64,000 nucleotides of DNA from Eubacterium sp. GTDB lineage: Bacteria; Bacillota; Clostridia; Lachnospirales; Lachnospiraceae. Positions 35,971 to 46,401 of this stretch are shown here, piece by piece. Under the pieces are notes generated by a model. It worked only from the letters and a program-made list of their open reading frames with translations, ran no database searches and was not told where the DNA came from. The DNA is taken from contig JAIKYQ010000127.1 of assembly GCA_024683035.1 (NCBI GenBank), forward strand, positions 3,821 through 67,820, in the 5' to 3' direction. Position 1 is the stretch's first letter. Every line of letters begins with the position of its first letter. Made by a program: the position numbers and the translations under genes.

Positions 35971-38900
35971 ATGTAATATCAAACAGACTGATCTGATCCG
36001 ACTCCGGTATGCCCTTCAGGATCCCGAATCGATCCAGCGTATCGGTGATGGTCCTGCCCGCTTTGGCTCTTCTCCGGAAATCGTCTTTGGACAGGAACTG
36101 CCCTTCCCGGGCGGCTATGACAATACTGTCGGCCGCTTTATCCCCCAGCCCTTCGATGGCATCCAGCGACGGCATCAGGCCTCCGTCCACGATCTGGAAC
36201 CGATGGGCATCGACCCGGTACAAGTCGATCGGCACGAAGGAGAATCCGCGGGCATACATTTCCTGTACGATCTTCATGTCTTTGATGGTTTCTTTTTCCT
36301 GACTGGTCAGCGAGTCTTTCCGGCTCCTGTACTCCCGCAGGTATGCTTCCAGCTGGTTCCTTCCCAGGCACATCTTTTCATAGGAAAAAGCAGACGCCCG
36401 GATGGAAAAATAGGCTGCGTAATAAGCCAGCGGATAATAGATCTTATACCACGCGATCCGGTAAGCCATCATGACATACGCCACGGCATGGGCCTTCGGG
36501 AACATATACTTGATCCGTTTGCAGGACCAGATGTACCAGTCCGGCACGTCATGTGCCCGCATTTCGGACTCCCATTCGGGCTTCAGGCCTTTGCCTTTCC
36601 GCACGCTTTCCATGATGGTAAAGGACTGTTCACTTTCGAGCCCGCAGCCGATCAGATAGGCCATGATGTCATCACGCGTGCAGATCGCGGTCGAGATCGT
36701 GCATTTGTTTTCATCGATCAGGGTCTTGGCATTGCCGATCCAGACGTCCGTGCCATGGGACAGACCGGAGATCCGGATCAGGTCCGAAAAGCTTTTGGGC
36801 TTTGTATCCAGCAGCATCTGGATAACGAAATCCGTGCCGAACTCCGGAACACCCAGACAGCCGAGCGGGCAGCCGTCGATATCGTCCGGGGTGATGCCGA
36901 GCGCACTGGTGTCCTTAAACAGGGTCATGACCTTTGGTTCGTCCAGCCGCACTTTCGTGGCGTCTGTCCCGGTCAGGTCCTCCAGCATACGGATCATCGT
37001 CGGATCATCATGCCCGAGGATGTCCAGCTTCAGCAGGTTGGCATCGATGGAATGATAATCAAAATGCGTGCTGATGATATCGGATTCCGGATCGTCCGCC
37101 GGATGCTGCACCGGTGTAAACGCGTTGATATCCTCTCCGATCGGCAGTACGATGATCCCGCCGGGATGCTGGCCGGTTGTCCGGCGGATCCCGACGCAGC
37201 CCTGTACGATCCGGTCGATCTCGCAGCTGCGTTTATAGCTGTTCTGTTCTTCGTAATAATTTTTGACAAACCCGTAGGCCGTTTTGTCCGCCATCGTACC
37301 GATGGTCCCGGCCCGGAATGTCTGGCCGTCGCCGAAGATGACTTCGGTATATTTGTGCGCCTTGGTCTGATATTCCCCGGAAAAATTCAGGTCGATATCC
37401 GGCTCCTTATTTCCCTTGAATCCCAGAAATGTCTCGAACGGAATGTTGAATCCCAGCTTTTGCAGCGGTTCGCCGCAGACCGGACAGACCCGGTCCGGCA
37501 GGTCGCAGCCGACACGGCCTTCTTTGACTGCCTGACGGACAGTATCTGAGTCGAAATCCACATAGTGGCACTTTCCGCAGAGATAATGCGGCGCCAGCGG
37601 GTTGACTTCCGTGATCCCGGACATGGTGGCTACGAAAGACGAGCCGACCGATCCCCGGGAACCGACCAGATATCCGTCTTCATTGCACTTCCATACCAGC
37701 TTCTGCGCAATGATGTACATGACGGCATACCCGTTTGAGATAATGGAAGTCAGTTCTCTTTCGAGCCGTTTTGCCACGATATCCGGGAGCTCGGAACCGT
37801 AGATCTCATGCGCACGCCGTTCACAGATCTCCCGCAGCTGTTTGTCGGAATCCTGAATGACCGGCGGGAATTTGCCTGCCCGGATCGGACTGATCTTTTC
37901 TATACTGTCGGCGATGCGCCGCGGGGTTTCCAGCACGACTTCCCGGGCCTTATCCTCGCCGAGGTACGAAAAAGCTTCCAGCATTTCTTCCGTTGTCCTG
38001 AAAAAACAGGCCAGGCCGTCATGCTCATCCAGGTCTTTCCTCTTTTTGCCGCGCATGATGATCCGTCTGTATTCCACATCCTCCGGATCCATGTAATGCA
38101 CATCCCCGGTCGCAGCGACCGGTTTTTGGAACTGTCCGCCGAGTTTTACGATCCGGCGTCCGATCTCCTGCAGATCCTCCAGACTCTGAATAGCTTCTTC
38201 GTTTTCGTCTTCTATCAGATGCCGGTCATTTTCCGGTGGCTGGATCTCCAGATAATCATAGAAGGAGACCAGGCGGGCCAGCTCTTCTTCCGCGATCCCG
38301 GAAAGCAGGCCCTGGAAAACTTCTCCTTCGGAACAGCCGGAACCCACCAGAATACCCTCCCGGTACCGGTTGACAAGGCTCTTGGGGAGCTTGGGCTTAT
38401 TCTGGATATACTGCAGATGTGAGGCGGATACCAGCCGGTACAGGTTGACCCGGCCCGTCTCATTCTGCGCCAGCAGGACGGCATGATGAGCCCGCAGCTT
38501 CCGGACCGCATTCGTATCCATGGCACCCTGTGTATTCATCTCTTCCAGCGTACTGATCCCGCGGTCTTCCAGCATCTGCACAAAACGGACAAAAATCTCC
38601 GCCGTACAGGCTGCGTCATCTACCGCGCGATGATGATGTCCGAGCGGTACCTGCACCGCTTTGGCGACTGTCTCCAGTTTGAACCGGGAGAGCTGCGGCA
38701 GCAGATACTGTGCCAGAGCCACGGTATCGATCCGGGTAAAATCGTGCGGTATGCCCTGGTCCTCGCAGGCTTTCTGGATAAAGCCTACGTCAAAATCGGC
38801 ATTGTGTGCCACCAGGACATCCTTCCCGCAGAATGCCAGAAACTCGGGCAGAACCTCACGGATCGTCGGCGCATCTTCGACCATGGAATCCGAGATCCCG

Positions 38901-40507
38901 GTCAGCTGTTCGATCCGGAACGGAATCGGCACTTCCGGATTCACGAACGTGGAAAACCGGTCTGCGATCTCGCCGTTCCGGACACGGACGGCTCCGATCT
39001 CGATGATCCGGCAGGTCAGATTGGAAAGACCGGTCGTCTCAATATCGAAAACAACAAACGAATCCTGCAGGGTCTGTCCTTTAGTGTTCACCGCGATCCC
39101 GCGCAGATCGTCGACCAGGTATACCTCACAGCCGTACAGTACCTTAAAAGGAGCCGAGACTTTTTTCAGTTCCTCTTTGGACGCGTCCGGATGTTCTTTG
39201 CCATAGGCCTCTCTGTATTCTTTATCGATCCCCTGCATGGCCTTGTTGGCATCCGGAAATGCCTGGACGCCGCCGTGATCCGTGACCGCTATGGCCGGAT
39301 GGCCCCATTTCCAGGCCCGCCGGATCAGGTCTTTGACATCGCTCACACCGTCCATCTCACTCATTTTGGTGTGCGCGTGCAGCTCCACCCGTTTGACCGG
39401 CCAGGTATCCATACGCGTTTCCCTGAAATCCCTGCTTTTCCGGATTCCCTGAATACCGGAAATGATCAGTTCATGTTCATAGGCATCCAGCATGGCCCGT
39501 CCGCGCACACGGACAAAGGCTCCGGTTTTCAGACCTTTTTTAAGAGGCTCCGCCTGTTCGGGATCCGCAAAGATCTTACCGCGGATGGTATCGGTGAAAT
39601 CGGTAATGGCAAACAGCAGCAAATGCTTGCCGCTTTTGAGTTCCCGTGTTTCCTGCGCCGTGATCTGACCGCGCAGGATCACGTCGCCGCTGGTTTCATC
39701 CAGCTCTGCGATCGGCGTGCTGTCCCCGTCGAAGTTCCTTCCGTACAGCAGATCCGGATCCTGCCGGGAATCGAACGATGCTGCCTGTTCTTTTCTGCCG
39801 CCCTTTGCTTTTGTCTTCTTTGTTTTTCCGGCTGCCGGCGCTGCTTCTGCTCCCCGGTCCGTACCGGCATCCCAGGGTACCTCGACCGACTCGGCAGAAG
39901 ATCCTGCCTGTTCTTCTTCTCCATGTCCGGATCCGGCAAAAATACGTCTTGCTTCTTCCCGGAAGCCGGCTTCTTCCTCTTCTTTATGGATGTTTTTTTT
40001 CAGTGGCTGCCACTTTATCACAACCCGGACCGGCAGATGACACCGGTCTTCAAAGATCTGTGTCAGATACAGAAACAGCTCTTTCTGTTTTTCATGTCCG
40101 GTCAGCGTATCTTCCAGGGAAACTTCCAGTACGTCCGGCTGTGGAAAGGATACGGAAGCCGTCTGCAGTACATGGCAGAGCAGCCGGTCCTGCTCCCGGC
40201 ATTCCTGCAGCATGCTGGATCTGTAATCTTCATAGAATCGTTCCGGCGTATACTGGCCGGAAAGAAAGAACTGTTCTTTGATGCGGACACGGATATCCGT
40301 ATCCGAAAAAAGCTGGCGTCCGATCTCGTCCTCCAGCCTGTAAATATACTTTTTATGGATCCAGCGGCTGCTTGCGAGCTGCACATGCAGACGATGCGTT
40401 TTCCGGTCGATCGCGACATGCTCTACCCTGGCAGGCGACAGATACTCCTGCATCGCGCCTTCCAGTTTAAGATGCGGAAACACTTCCGCGATCGGTTTTC
40501 CACGCAT
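35969..40507 (-). CDS. polC: DNA polymerase III PolC-type
   Basis: ELHAHTKMS (PHP), VFDIETTG (exonuclease), GSRGSVGSS, PDIDLNFS, YMFPKAHA. The ATG at 40507 overlaps the ispG stop. Confidence 0.97.
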   Translation of the reverse strand: MRGKPIAEVFPHLKLEGAMQEYLSPARVEHVAIDRKTHRLHVQLASSRWIHKKYIYRLEDEIGRQLFSDTDIRVRIKEQFFLSGQYTPERFYEDYRSSMLQECREQDRLLCHVLQTASVSFPQPDVLEVSLEDTLTGHEKQKELFLYLTQIFEDRCHLPVRVVIKWQPLKKNIHKEEEEAGFREEARRIFAGSGHGEEEQAGSSAESVEVPWDAGTDRGAEAAPAAGKTKKTKAKGGRKEQAASFDSRQDPDLLYGRNFDGDSTPIAELDETSGDVILRGQITAQETRELKSGKHLLLFAITDFTDTIRGKIFADPEQAEPLKKGLKTGAFVRVRGRAMLDAYEHELIISGIQGIRKSRDFRETRMDTWPVKRVELHAHTKMSEMDGVSDVKDLIRRAWKWGHPAIAVTDHGGVQAFPDANKAMQGIDKEYREAYGKEHPDASKEELKKVSAPFKVLYGCEVYLVDDLRGIAVNTKGQTLQDSFVVFDIETTGLSNLTCRIIEIGAVRVRNGEIADRFSTFVNPEVPIPFRIEQLTGISDSMVEDAPTIREVLPEFLAFCGKDVLVAHNADFDVGFIQKACEDQGIPHDFTRIDTVALAQYLLPQLSRFKLETVAKAVQVPLGHHHRAVDDAACTAEIFVRFVQMLEDRGISTLEEMNTQGAMDTNAVRKLRAHHAVLLAQNETGRVNLYRLVSASHLQYIQNKPKLPKSLVNRYREGILVGSGCSEGEVFQGLLSGIAEEELARLVSFYDYLEIQPPENDRHLIEDENEEAIQSLEDLQEIGRRIVKLGGQFQKPVAATGDVHYMDPEDVEYRRIIMRGKKRKDLDEHDGLACFFRTTEEMLEAFSYLGEDKAREVVLETPRRIADSIEKISPIRAGKFPPVIQDSDKQLREICERRAHEIYGSELPDIVAKRLERELTSIISNGYAVMYIIAQKLVWKCNEDGYLVGSRGSVGSSFVATMSGITEVNPLAPHYLCGKCHYVDFDSDTVRQAVKEGRVGCDLPDRVCPVCGEPLQKLGFNIPFETFLGFKGNKEPDIDLNFSGEYQTKAHKYTEVIFGDGQTFRAGTIGTMADKTAYGFVKNYYEEQNSYKRSCEIDRIVQGCVGIRRTTGQHPGGIIVLPIGEDINAFTPVQHPADDPESDIISTHFDYHSIDANLLKLDILGHDDPTMIRMLEDLTGTDATKVRLDEPKVMTLFKDTSALGITPDDIDGCPLGCLGVPEFGTDFVIQMLLDTKPKSFSDLIRISGLSHGTDVWIGNAKTLIDENKCTISTAICTRDDIMAYLIGCGLESEQSFTIMESVRKGKGLKPEWESEMRAHDVPDWYIWSCKRIKYMFPKAHAVAYVMMAYRIAWYKIYYPLAYYAAYFSIRASAFSYEKMCLGRNQLEAYLREYRSRKDSLTSQEKETIKDMKIVQEMYARGFSFVPIDLYRVDAHRFQIVDGGLMPSLDAIEGLGDKAADSIVIAAREGQFLSKDDFRRRAKAGRTITDTLDRFGILKGIPESDQISLFDIT

Positions 40508-41571
40508 CACTTCTTCCAATGCAGCAGTTCCTCCCGGAGCGCCTCCAGCAGTTGATCCTCCGGTACTTTCCGGATGATCTCTCCCTGCCGGATCAGCAGT
40601 CCTTCTCCTATCCCGCCTGCAATGCCGAGATCGGCTTCCCGCGCTTCTCCCGGTCCATTCACGACACAGCCCATCACCGCCACTTTGATATCCAGCGGCA
40701 TATCCCGCACCATATCCTGCACCTGTTCCGCCAGACGGATCAGATCGATCTGTGTTCTGCCGCAGGTCGGACAGGACACGACCTCGACGCCTCCTTTTCC
40801 GAGGCCTGCCGCTTTCAGGATCGCTTTGGCCGCCCGGATTTCTTCCAGCGGGTCTCCGGTCAGCGACACCCGCAGGGTATCTCCGATCCCTTCATGAAGC
40901 AGGATCCCCAGGCCTACCGCTGATTTGACGGTGCCCTCATAGGGTGTTCCGGCTTCGGTGATGCCGATATGCAGCGGATAATCGGCCTTTTCCGCCAGGA
41001 GTTCATACGCCTGCACACACAGAGATACGTCGGATGCTTTGATGCTGATGACGATATCGGAAAACTGCATCCCTTCCAGGACCGCTGCCTGCTCCAGGGC
41101 ACTTTCCACCAGAGCCTCCGCAGTTACACCGCCGTATTTTTCCAGCAGCCGTTTTTCCAGCGAGCCGCTGTTCACGCCAATCCGGATCGGGATGCCGCGC
41201 TCTCTGGCCGCATCGGCCACGGCACGCACTTTGTCCGCACTGCCGATATTTCCCGGATTGATCCGCACTTTGTCGACGCCGCTTTCGATAGAAGCCAGGG
41301 CCAGCCGGTAATCGAAATGGATATCTGCCACCAGCGGAATGTGAATGCGGCGGCGGATCTCCCGCAGCGCTCCTGCCGCTTCCTGCGTGGGCACCGCACA
41401 CCGGATGATCTCGCAGCCGGCGTCTTCCAGCGCCAGGATCTGCTGCACGGTTGCTTCTACGTCTTCGGTTTTTGTATTTGTCATGGACTGGATCGCGATA
41501 GGGGCACCGCCGCCGATCACGACCCCGCCGATCACGACCTGCCGGGTGTTTCTTACCAACGTCTTTTTCAT
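40507..41571 (-). CDS. ispG: HMB-PP synthase IspG
   Basis: [41 protein letters not shown]. Confidence 0.97.
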   Translation of the reverse strand: MKKTLVRNTRQVVIGGVVIGGGAPIAIQSMTNTKTEDVEATVQQILALEDAGCEIIRCAVPTQEAAGALREIRRRIHIPLVADIHFDYRLALASIESGVDKVRINPGNIGSADKVRAVADAARERGIPIRIGVNSGSLEKRLLEKYGGVTAEALVESALEQAAVLEGMQFSDIVISIKASDVSLCVQAYELLAEKADYPLHIGITEAGTPYEGTVKSAVGLGILLHEGIGDTLRVSLTGDPLEEIRAAKAILKAAGLGKGGVEVVSCPTCGRTQIDLIRLAEQVQDMVRDMPLDIKVAVMGCVVNGPGEAREADLGIAGGIGEGLLIRQGEIIRKVPEDQLLEALREELLHWKK

Positions 41572-41760
41572 AAACTGATGTACCTGTCCTTAAGCCAACC
41601 GGTGCTGCCGGGCGCGCACGCGCCGCATTTCTATTATAGCACAGATACATGCCCGGGGACTATACTTCCGGAAATGCAAAACAGGCTGCGGACAGATATC
41701 CCCGGCGCTCCCTTTTGCGGGAACGCCGGTGATAGCTGGTCCACAGCCTGCCGGATTTAT

Positions 41761-42252
41761 TCATTGTTTTCTTCGATACGTCCGGAACGTGAATTCCATG
41801 TTGTGGCAGGTCTGCTCCTCACTCTCTTCGGTCAGCTCCCACTCCGGCATGTCATCCAGATTCGGAAAGAAGGCATCTGCCTGATACGCATAATCGACCC
41901 TGGTCACATACGCGGTGTCGCAGTATGGCAGAAGCAGCCGGTAGATCTCGGCTCCGCCGATCACATATACTCTGTCCGTTTCGATATCCCGGATCAGCTG
42001 CTGCAGCTCTTCCACGCTGTGTACCACGGCTGCGCCTTTCACGGAGAAAGACGGATCCCGTGACAGGATAATGTTGTCCCGGTCTGCCAGCGGTCTGCCG
42101 CCGGGCAGGCTTTCCAGTGTTTTCCTGCCCATGACGACCACATTGCCTGTGGTGTGTTCACGGAAAAACCGCATATCTGACGGGATATGTACCAGAAGCC
42201 TGTTCTGGAAACCGATCCCCCAGTTTCTGTCTGCATTCAGGATCGCGCGCAT
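41761..42252 (-). CDS. folA: Dihydrofolate reductase
   Basis: MRAILNAD.NWGIG, VVMGRKT.ESLP, RPL, VIGGAEIY, DAFFP. Confidence 0.95.
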   Translation of the reverse strand: MRAILNADRNWGIGFQNRLLVHIPSDMRFFREHTTGNVVVMGRKTLESLPGGRPLADRDNIILSRDPSFSVKGAAVVHSVEELQQLIRDIETDRVYVIGGAEIYRLLLPYCDTAYVTRVDYAYQADAFFPNLDDMPEWELTEESEEQTCHNMEFTFRTYRRKQ

Positions 42253-42262
42253 CGGTTCCCCT

Positions 42263-43675
42263 TTATACTGTCTGTTCAGCAGTTTCTTCTTCAGCCGTAT
42301 CTTCGCCGTTCCAGGCAGTGTCTTCCACGCCCAGCTGGGAAGAAGTGTCGATCTCGCCCTGATCGGTCGTGTAGGTGACACCGTAAGACTCCGGAATGAT
42401 CTGGATCATGGTCTTGCCCGGATTCAGATACAGCGGGGAGCCGTCTCCGGCAAAGTAATGGGTGCGGTCCTGCTCCGAGTCTTTCTTCCAGGTGATCGGG
42501 ATCGCTTTTCCGTCGGTAAAGTACATACCGCGGCCTTCCGAGAACATGTTCAGCTCCAGCAGCGGTGTCTCGGGAATGATCTCCTGATCCACGAACTGTA
42601 CCAGCACGTTCTTGAACTTCAGCTGTTCGCCGGTCTCCATGTCCACATGCGGTGCGCTGTACTCAAAACGATAGTACAGACGATCTTCCGGATTGTATTC
42701 AAACCACGGATTGTTGACCGGATACGGCAGCTGGATCGCCGTCGCATTCACGCCGGCCGCCAGTTCTGTGTCTGCCACATTGAAATGCAGGTTCGGCGTG
42801 TAGCCTTCCGGATAGCTGCGGTCCACACCGAGGCTGTCAGCGATGTCTTCCAGCCCCTGGCCCGTGACATAGGCATTGTGCGGCGCCACACGGTCGGATG
42901 TCCGGAAGAAGCCCATGCTTCCGTCATAGAACATACCGTTGATCGTTGTACGGCCTTCTCTGTTGATCAGATCTTCCGCAACAAAGCTCCATCCGAAATG
43001 TGTATAAACCGCTTCGTTGTCATCGGACATGAACAGATAGTAATGACGGCAGCTGCGGACCGGTCCAATCTTTTCCAGATCGCGCGGTTCCTGGAAAACA
43101 GCCATCATACGTGTGATATCCGATTCTACGAAGGCTTCGTACAGGATATCCGCATAGATGATACCAGACTGCGGAACAGCCGGATCCAGGTTGTTGATCA
43201 TAACAGCGAAAGGACGCTGTTCGCCAATGGCTTTATCGATCGGTTCTCCGGTCAGATAACTGTACATCTGTCCTTCCGGAAGGGCCGGCTTTTCTGCTTC
43301 TGCTGCCGGTGCCGCTTCCGGTGCCGGTTCTGCTTCCGGTGCCGGTTCTGCTTCTGCTGCCGGTTCTGCTTCCTGCGCCGGTGCTGCTTCCGCTGTGAGC
43401 GGGGCGGCTTCTGCTGCAGGGGCGGCTTCTGCTGCCGGGGCGGCTTCCGCTGCCGGAGCTGCTTCTGCTGCCGGTGCCGCTTCTACTGCCGGCGCCGCTT
43501 CCTGTACCGGTGCCGCTTCCGCTACCGGTGCCGGCACCTCTTCAGCTGCTGCCTTCGGCGCAGCCACTGCCGATACTTTTTCCACCGGTTCTACCTGTAC
43601 CTGATTTGCGCATCCGGCCAGAATGGATGCTCCCAAAATCAGGCAAAGCATACTGCTGAGTAGTTTTTTCTTCAT
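42263..43675 (-). CDS. DUF3048-like lipoprotein with an Ala/Glu/Pro linker
   Basis: LAGC lipobox; RPFAVMINN...PQSG...YE..VE..ITR...GPVRSCR...R.APHN. Confidence 0.85.
   Translation of the reverse strand: MKKKLLSSMLCLILGASILAGCANQVQVEPVEKVSAVAAPKAAAEEVPAPVAEAAPVQEAAPAVEAAPAAEAAPAAEAAPAAEAAPAAEAAPLTAEAAPAQEAEPAAEAEPAPEAEPAPEAAPAAEAEKPALPEGQMYSYLTGEPIDKAIGEQRPFAVMINNLDPAVPQSGIIYADILYEAFVESDITRMMAVFQEPRDLEKIGPVRSCRHYYLFMSDDNEAVYTHFGWSFVAEDLINREGRTTINGMFYDGSMGFFRTSDRVAPHNAYVTGQGLEDIADSLGVDRSYPEGYTPNLHFNVADTELAAGVNATAIQLPYPVNNPWFEYNPEDRLYYRFEYSAPHVDMETGEQLKFKNVLVQFVDQEIIPETPLLELNMFSEGRGMYFTDGKAIPITWKKDSEQDRTHYFAGDGSPLYLNPGKTMIQIIPESYGVTYTTDQGEIDTSSQLGVEDTAWNGEDTAEEETAEQTV
43290..43560 (-). repeat. 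18-bp coding tandem repeats (AEAAPA / AEAEPA)
   Basis: Visible in both the DNA and the translation. Confidence 0.85.
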
Positions 43676-43732
43676 AGATACCCCCTTTTGGTTCAGTGAT
43701 CCTGCCCAGTATACCATAAATTTTTCGTGCAG

Positions 43733-43774
43733 AAAAGACTGCCGTCATCCGAAAGGGACATCCGGCAGTCTTTT
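43733..43774 (-). terminator. Terminator after mscL
   Basis: AAAAGACTGCCG...CGGCAGTCTTTT. Confidence 0.7.
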
Positions 43775-43789
43775 CCAGTGTCTTCTCTG

Positions 43790-44215
43790 TTATTCTTTAA
43801 GCTCAGACGTGCAGTGCGGGCAGCGGGTGGCGGAAACCGGAATCTCGGTTTTGCAGAACGGACACTCTTTGGTTGTGACCTCTTCCGCCACTTCCTCTTT
43901 CTTTCTCAACTCCGCTGCACGGTTCATGGCACGGATGATCAGGAAAATAACCAGTGCGATCAGCAGGAAGTTGATGATCGCCGCCACAAACGTACCCAGT
44001 CCGAGTACCGGCGCCTCTTCGCCGGAACCCATGACGATGTTCCACTGTTCAAAGCTGATGCCGCCGAAAATAGCAGATATGACAGGCATGATGATGTTGT
44101 CCACCAGGGCTGTGACTATCGCCGTGAACGCACCGCCGATGATGATACCGACTGCCATATCCATCACGTTGCCGCGAGAGATGAATTCCTTAAATTCTTT
44201 TGCAAAGCTGCTCAT
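43790..44215 (-). CDS. mscL: Large-conductance mechanosensitive channel with C-terminal zinc ribbon
   Basis: KEFKEFISRGNVMDMAVGIIIGGAF, INFLLIA, CPFC...CPHC. Confidence 0.95.
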   Translation of the reverse strand: MSSFAKEFKEFISRGNVMDMAVGIIIGGAFTAIVTALVDNIIMPVISAIFGGISFEQWNIVMGSGEEAPVLGLGTFVAAIINFLLIALVIFLIIRAMNRAAELRKKEEVAEEVTTKECPFCKTEIPVSATRCPHCTSELKE

Positions 44216-44383
44216 GTTGTACTCCCCTTTCCCGGACAAAGAGATCTGTCCTGCTGGTCCCGCCGGACACCGCCTGTCCTGAAACATTAAATTTTTATAA
44301 ATACATAGTCAGTATACCACGAATCCCCGCCGCAGGAAACCTTCATTTCCGGAATTGGCGGGGATTTTTTCAAAACGTAACCA

Positions 44384-44574
44384 GCAGCCGGCAGACACAT
44401 ACTTTTACAAGCGCGCATCTGAATGGAACGAAGCTGAGATACACTGCTTACGCAGACCAGGCGGACGGGATGAGAATAAATCATTCATGAACATCCCGGC
44501 CGCCCGGTCGAAGTTAGCAGTAAGCTCAGCGGAGTGGTTCAGGCAAGCGGTAAAAGCATGCGTCCGCCGGCTGC
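44384..44574. repeat. Long imperfect hairpin element, copy C (inverted relative to B)
   Basis: GCTCAGCGGAGTGGTTCAGGCAAGCGGTAAAAGCATG and AAGCGCGCATCTGAATGGAACGAAGCTGAGAT match the reverse complement of copy B. Confidence 0.85.
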
Positions 44575-44613
44575 GTCATATTCTATTAAAACCTATATCC
44601 GATCATTCCGTGA

Positions 44614-46227
44614 TCAAAGCTTCGGGCCGGCTGCTACCAGTGCTTTTCCGGCTTCGTTGCCTTCGTACTTGGCGAAGTTCTTGATGAAGCGCTCAGCCAG
44701 GTCTTTGGCTTTTTCATTCCATTCTTCCGGAGTGGCGTAGGTATCGCGCGGATCGAGAATGGCGGGATCTACACCCGGAAGCTCTGTCGGGACTTCCAGA
44801 TTGAACATCGGGATCTGTTTTGTAGGAGCTTTCAGCACATCGCCGTTCAGGATAGCGTCAATGATGCCGCGAGTATCCTTGATGGAGATCCGCTTGCCGG
44901 TTCCGTTCCAGCCTGTATTGACCAGATAGGCCTTGGCGCCGCACTTCTCCATTCTCTTGACCAGCTCTTCCGCATATTTGGTCGGATGCAGCTCCAGGAA
45001 AGCCTGTCCGAAGCAAGCAGAGAAAGTCGGAGTCGGCTCGGTGATGCCGCGTTCCGTACCGGCCAGTTTGGCTGTGAAACCGGACAGGAAGTAATACTTG
45101 GTCTGTTCCGGTGTCAGAATGGAAACCGGCGGCAGCACGCCGAACGCATCCGCTGAAAGGAAGATGACGTTTTTGGCATCCGGTCCTGCGGAGATGGGGC
45201 GTACGTTTTTGACGATCTTTTCGATATGCTCGATCGGATAAGATACACGGGTATTCTCCGTGACGCTCTTATCGGCAAAATCGATCTTGCCTTCTGCATC
45301 CAGTGTAACATTTTCCAGCAGGGCATTCCGTTTGATGGCGTTATAGATATCCGGTTCGGATTCTTTGTCCAGGTTGATGACCTTCGCATAGCAGCCGCCC
45401 TCAAAGTTGAAGACACCGTTGTCATCCCAGCCGTGCTCGTCATCCCCGATCAGCAGTCTCTTCGGGTCTGTGGAAAGCGTGGTCTTGCCGGTTCCGGAAA
45501 GGCCGAAGAAGATGGCCGTGTTTTCGCCGTTCATATCGGTGTTGGCGGAGCAGTGCATGGAAGCAATGCCCTTCAGCGGCAGGTAGTAGTTCATCATCGA
45601 GAACATACCTTTTTTCATCTCGCCGCCGTACCAGGTGTTGATGATGACCTGCTCACGGCTGGTGATGTTGAATGCTGCCACTGTCTCGGAATTCAGACCG
45701 TAATCCTTATAGTTTTCCACTTTAGCCTTGGACGCATTGTAAACCACAAAATCCGGCTCGAAGGTTTCCAGTTCTTCTTCGGTCGGAATGATGAACATAT
45801 TTTTGATGAAATGAGCCTGCCAGGCAACTTCCATGATGAAGCGGATCGCCATGCGCGTATCTTTATTGGTTCCGCAGAACGCATCCATGACAAACAGTCG
45901 CTTGTTGGACAGCTGTTCCTGCGCGATCTTTTTCATGTCAGCCCAGGTCGCTTCGCTCATCGGATGGTTGTCGTTCTTGTATTCGTCGGTTGTCCACCAG
46001 ACCGTATCTTTGGAATTTTCGTCCATCACGATGTATTTATCTTTGGGTGAACGTCCCGTATAAATACCTGTCATGACGTTCACTGCGCCGAGTTCACTGA
46101 TCTGCCCCTTCTCATAGCCTGTCAGATCCGGGCGGATCTCTTCCTCATACAGGAACTCAAAAGAAGGATTATGCACGATTTCTGTTGTTCCCGTAATACC
46201 GTATTTACTCAAATCCAGATTTGCCAT
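44614..46227 (-). CDS. pckA: Phosphoenolpyruvate carboxykinase (ATP)
   Basis: [43 protein letters not shown]. Confidence 0.97.
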   Translation of the reverse strand: MANLDLSKYGITGTTEIVHNPSFEFLYEEEIRPDLTGYEKGQISELGAVNVMTGIYTGRSPKDKYIVMDENSKDTVWWTTDEYKNDNHPMSEATWADMKKIAQEQLSNKRLFVMDAFCGTNKDTRMAIRFIMEVAWQAHFIKNMFIIPTEEELETFEPDFVVYNASKAKVENYKDYGLNSETVAAFNITSREQVIINTWYGGEMKKGMFSMMNYYLPLKGIASMHCSANTDMNGENTAIFFGLSGTGKTTLSTDPKRLLIGDDEHGWDDNGVFNFEGGCYAKVINLDKESEPDIYNAIKRNALLENVTLDAEGKIDFADKSVTENTRVSYPIEHIEKIVKNVRPISAGPDAKNVIFLSADAFGVLPPVSILTPEQTKYYFLSGFTAKLAGTERGITEPTPTFSACFGQAFLELHPTKYAEELVKRMEKCGAKAYLVNTGWNGTGKRISIKDTRGIIDAILNGDVLKAPTKQIPMFNLEVPTELPGVDPAILDPRDTYATPEEWNEKAKDLAERFIKNFAKYEGNEAGKALVAAGPKL

Positions 46228-46401
46228 GTTTCACCTCTTACTTTCCTAAGTTTGATAACCATTTCACATTCCCTTATTATACATGGATTTTCCGGATTGT
46301 CATCCCTTTTTTGCGAAATGAGGCTGCCGCACAAAAAAGAAGGTGTGCAGAACGCGTTTCCGCGCTCCGTACACCCCCCGGTTTATCTCACGCCTGCTGA
46401 C

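Noticed and set aside
35969-40507. Intein in PolC
   Set aside because: Length and domain order fit a normal PolC, and no splice-junction or homing-endonuclease motifs were seen.
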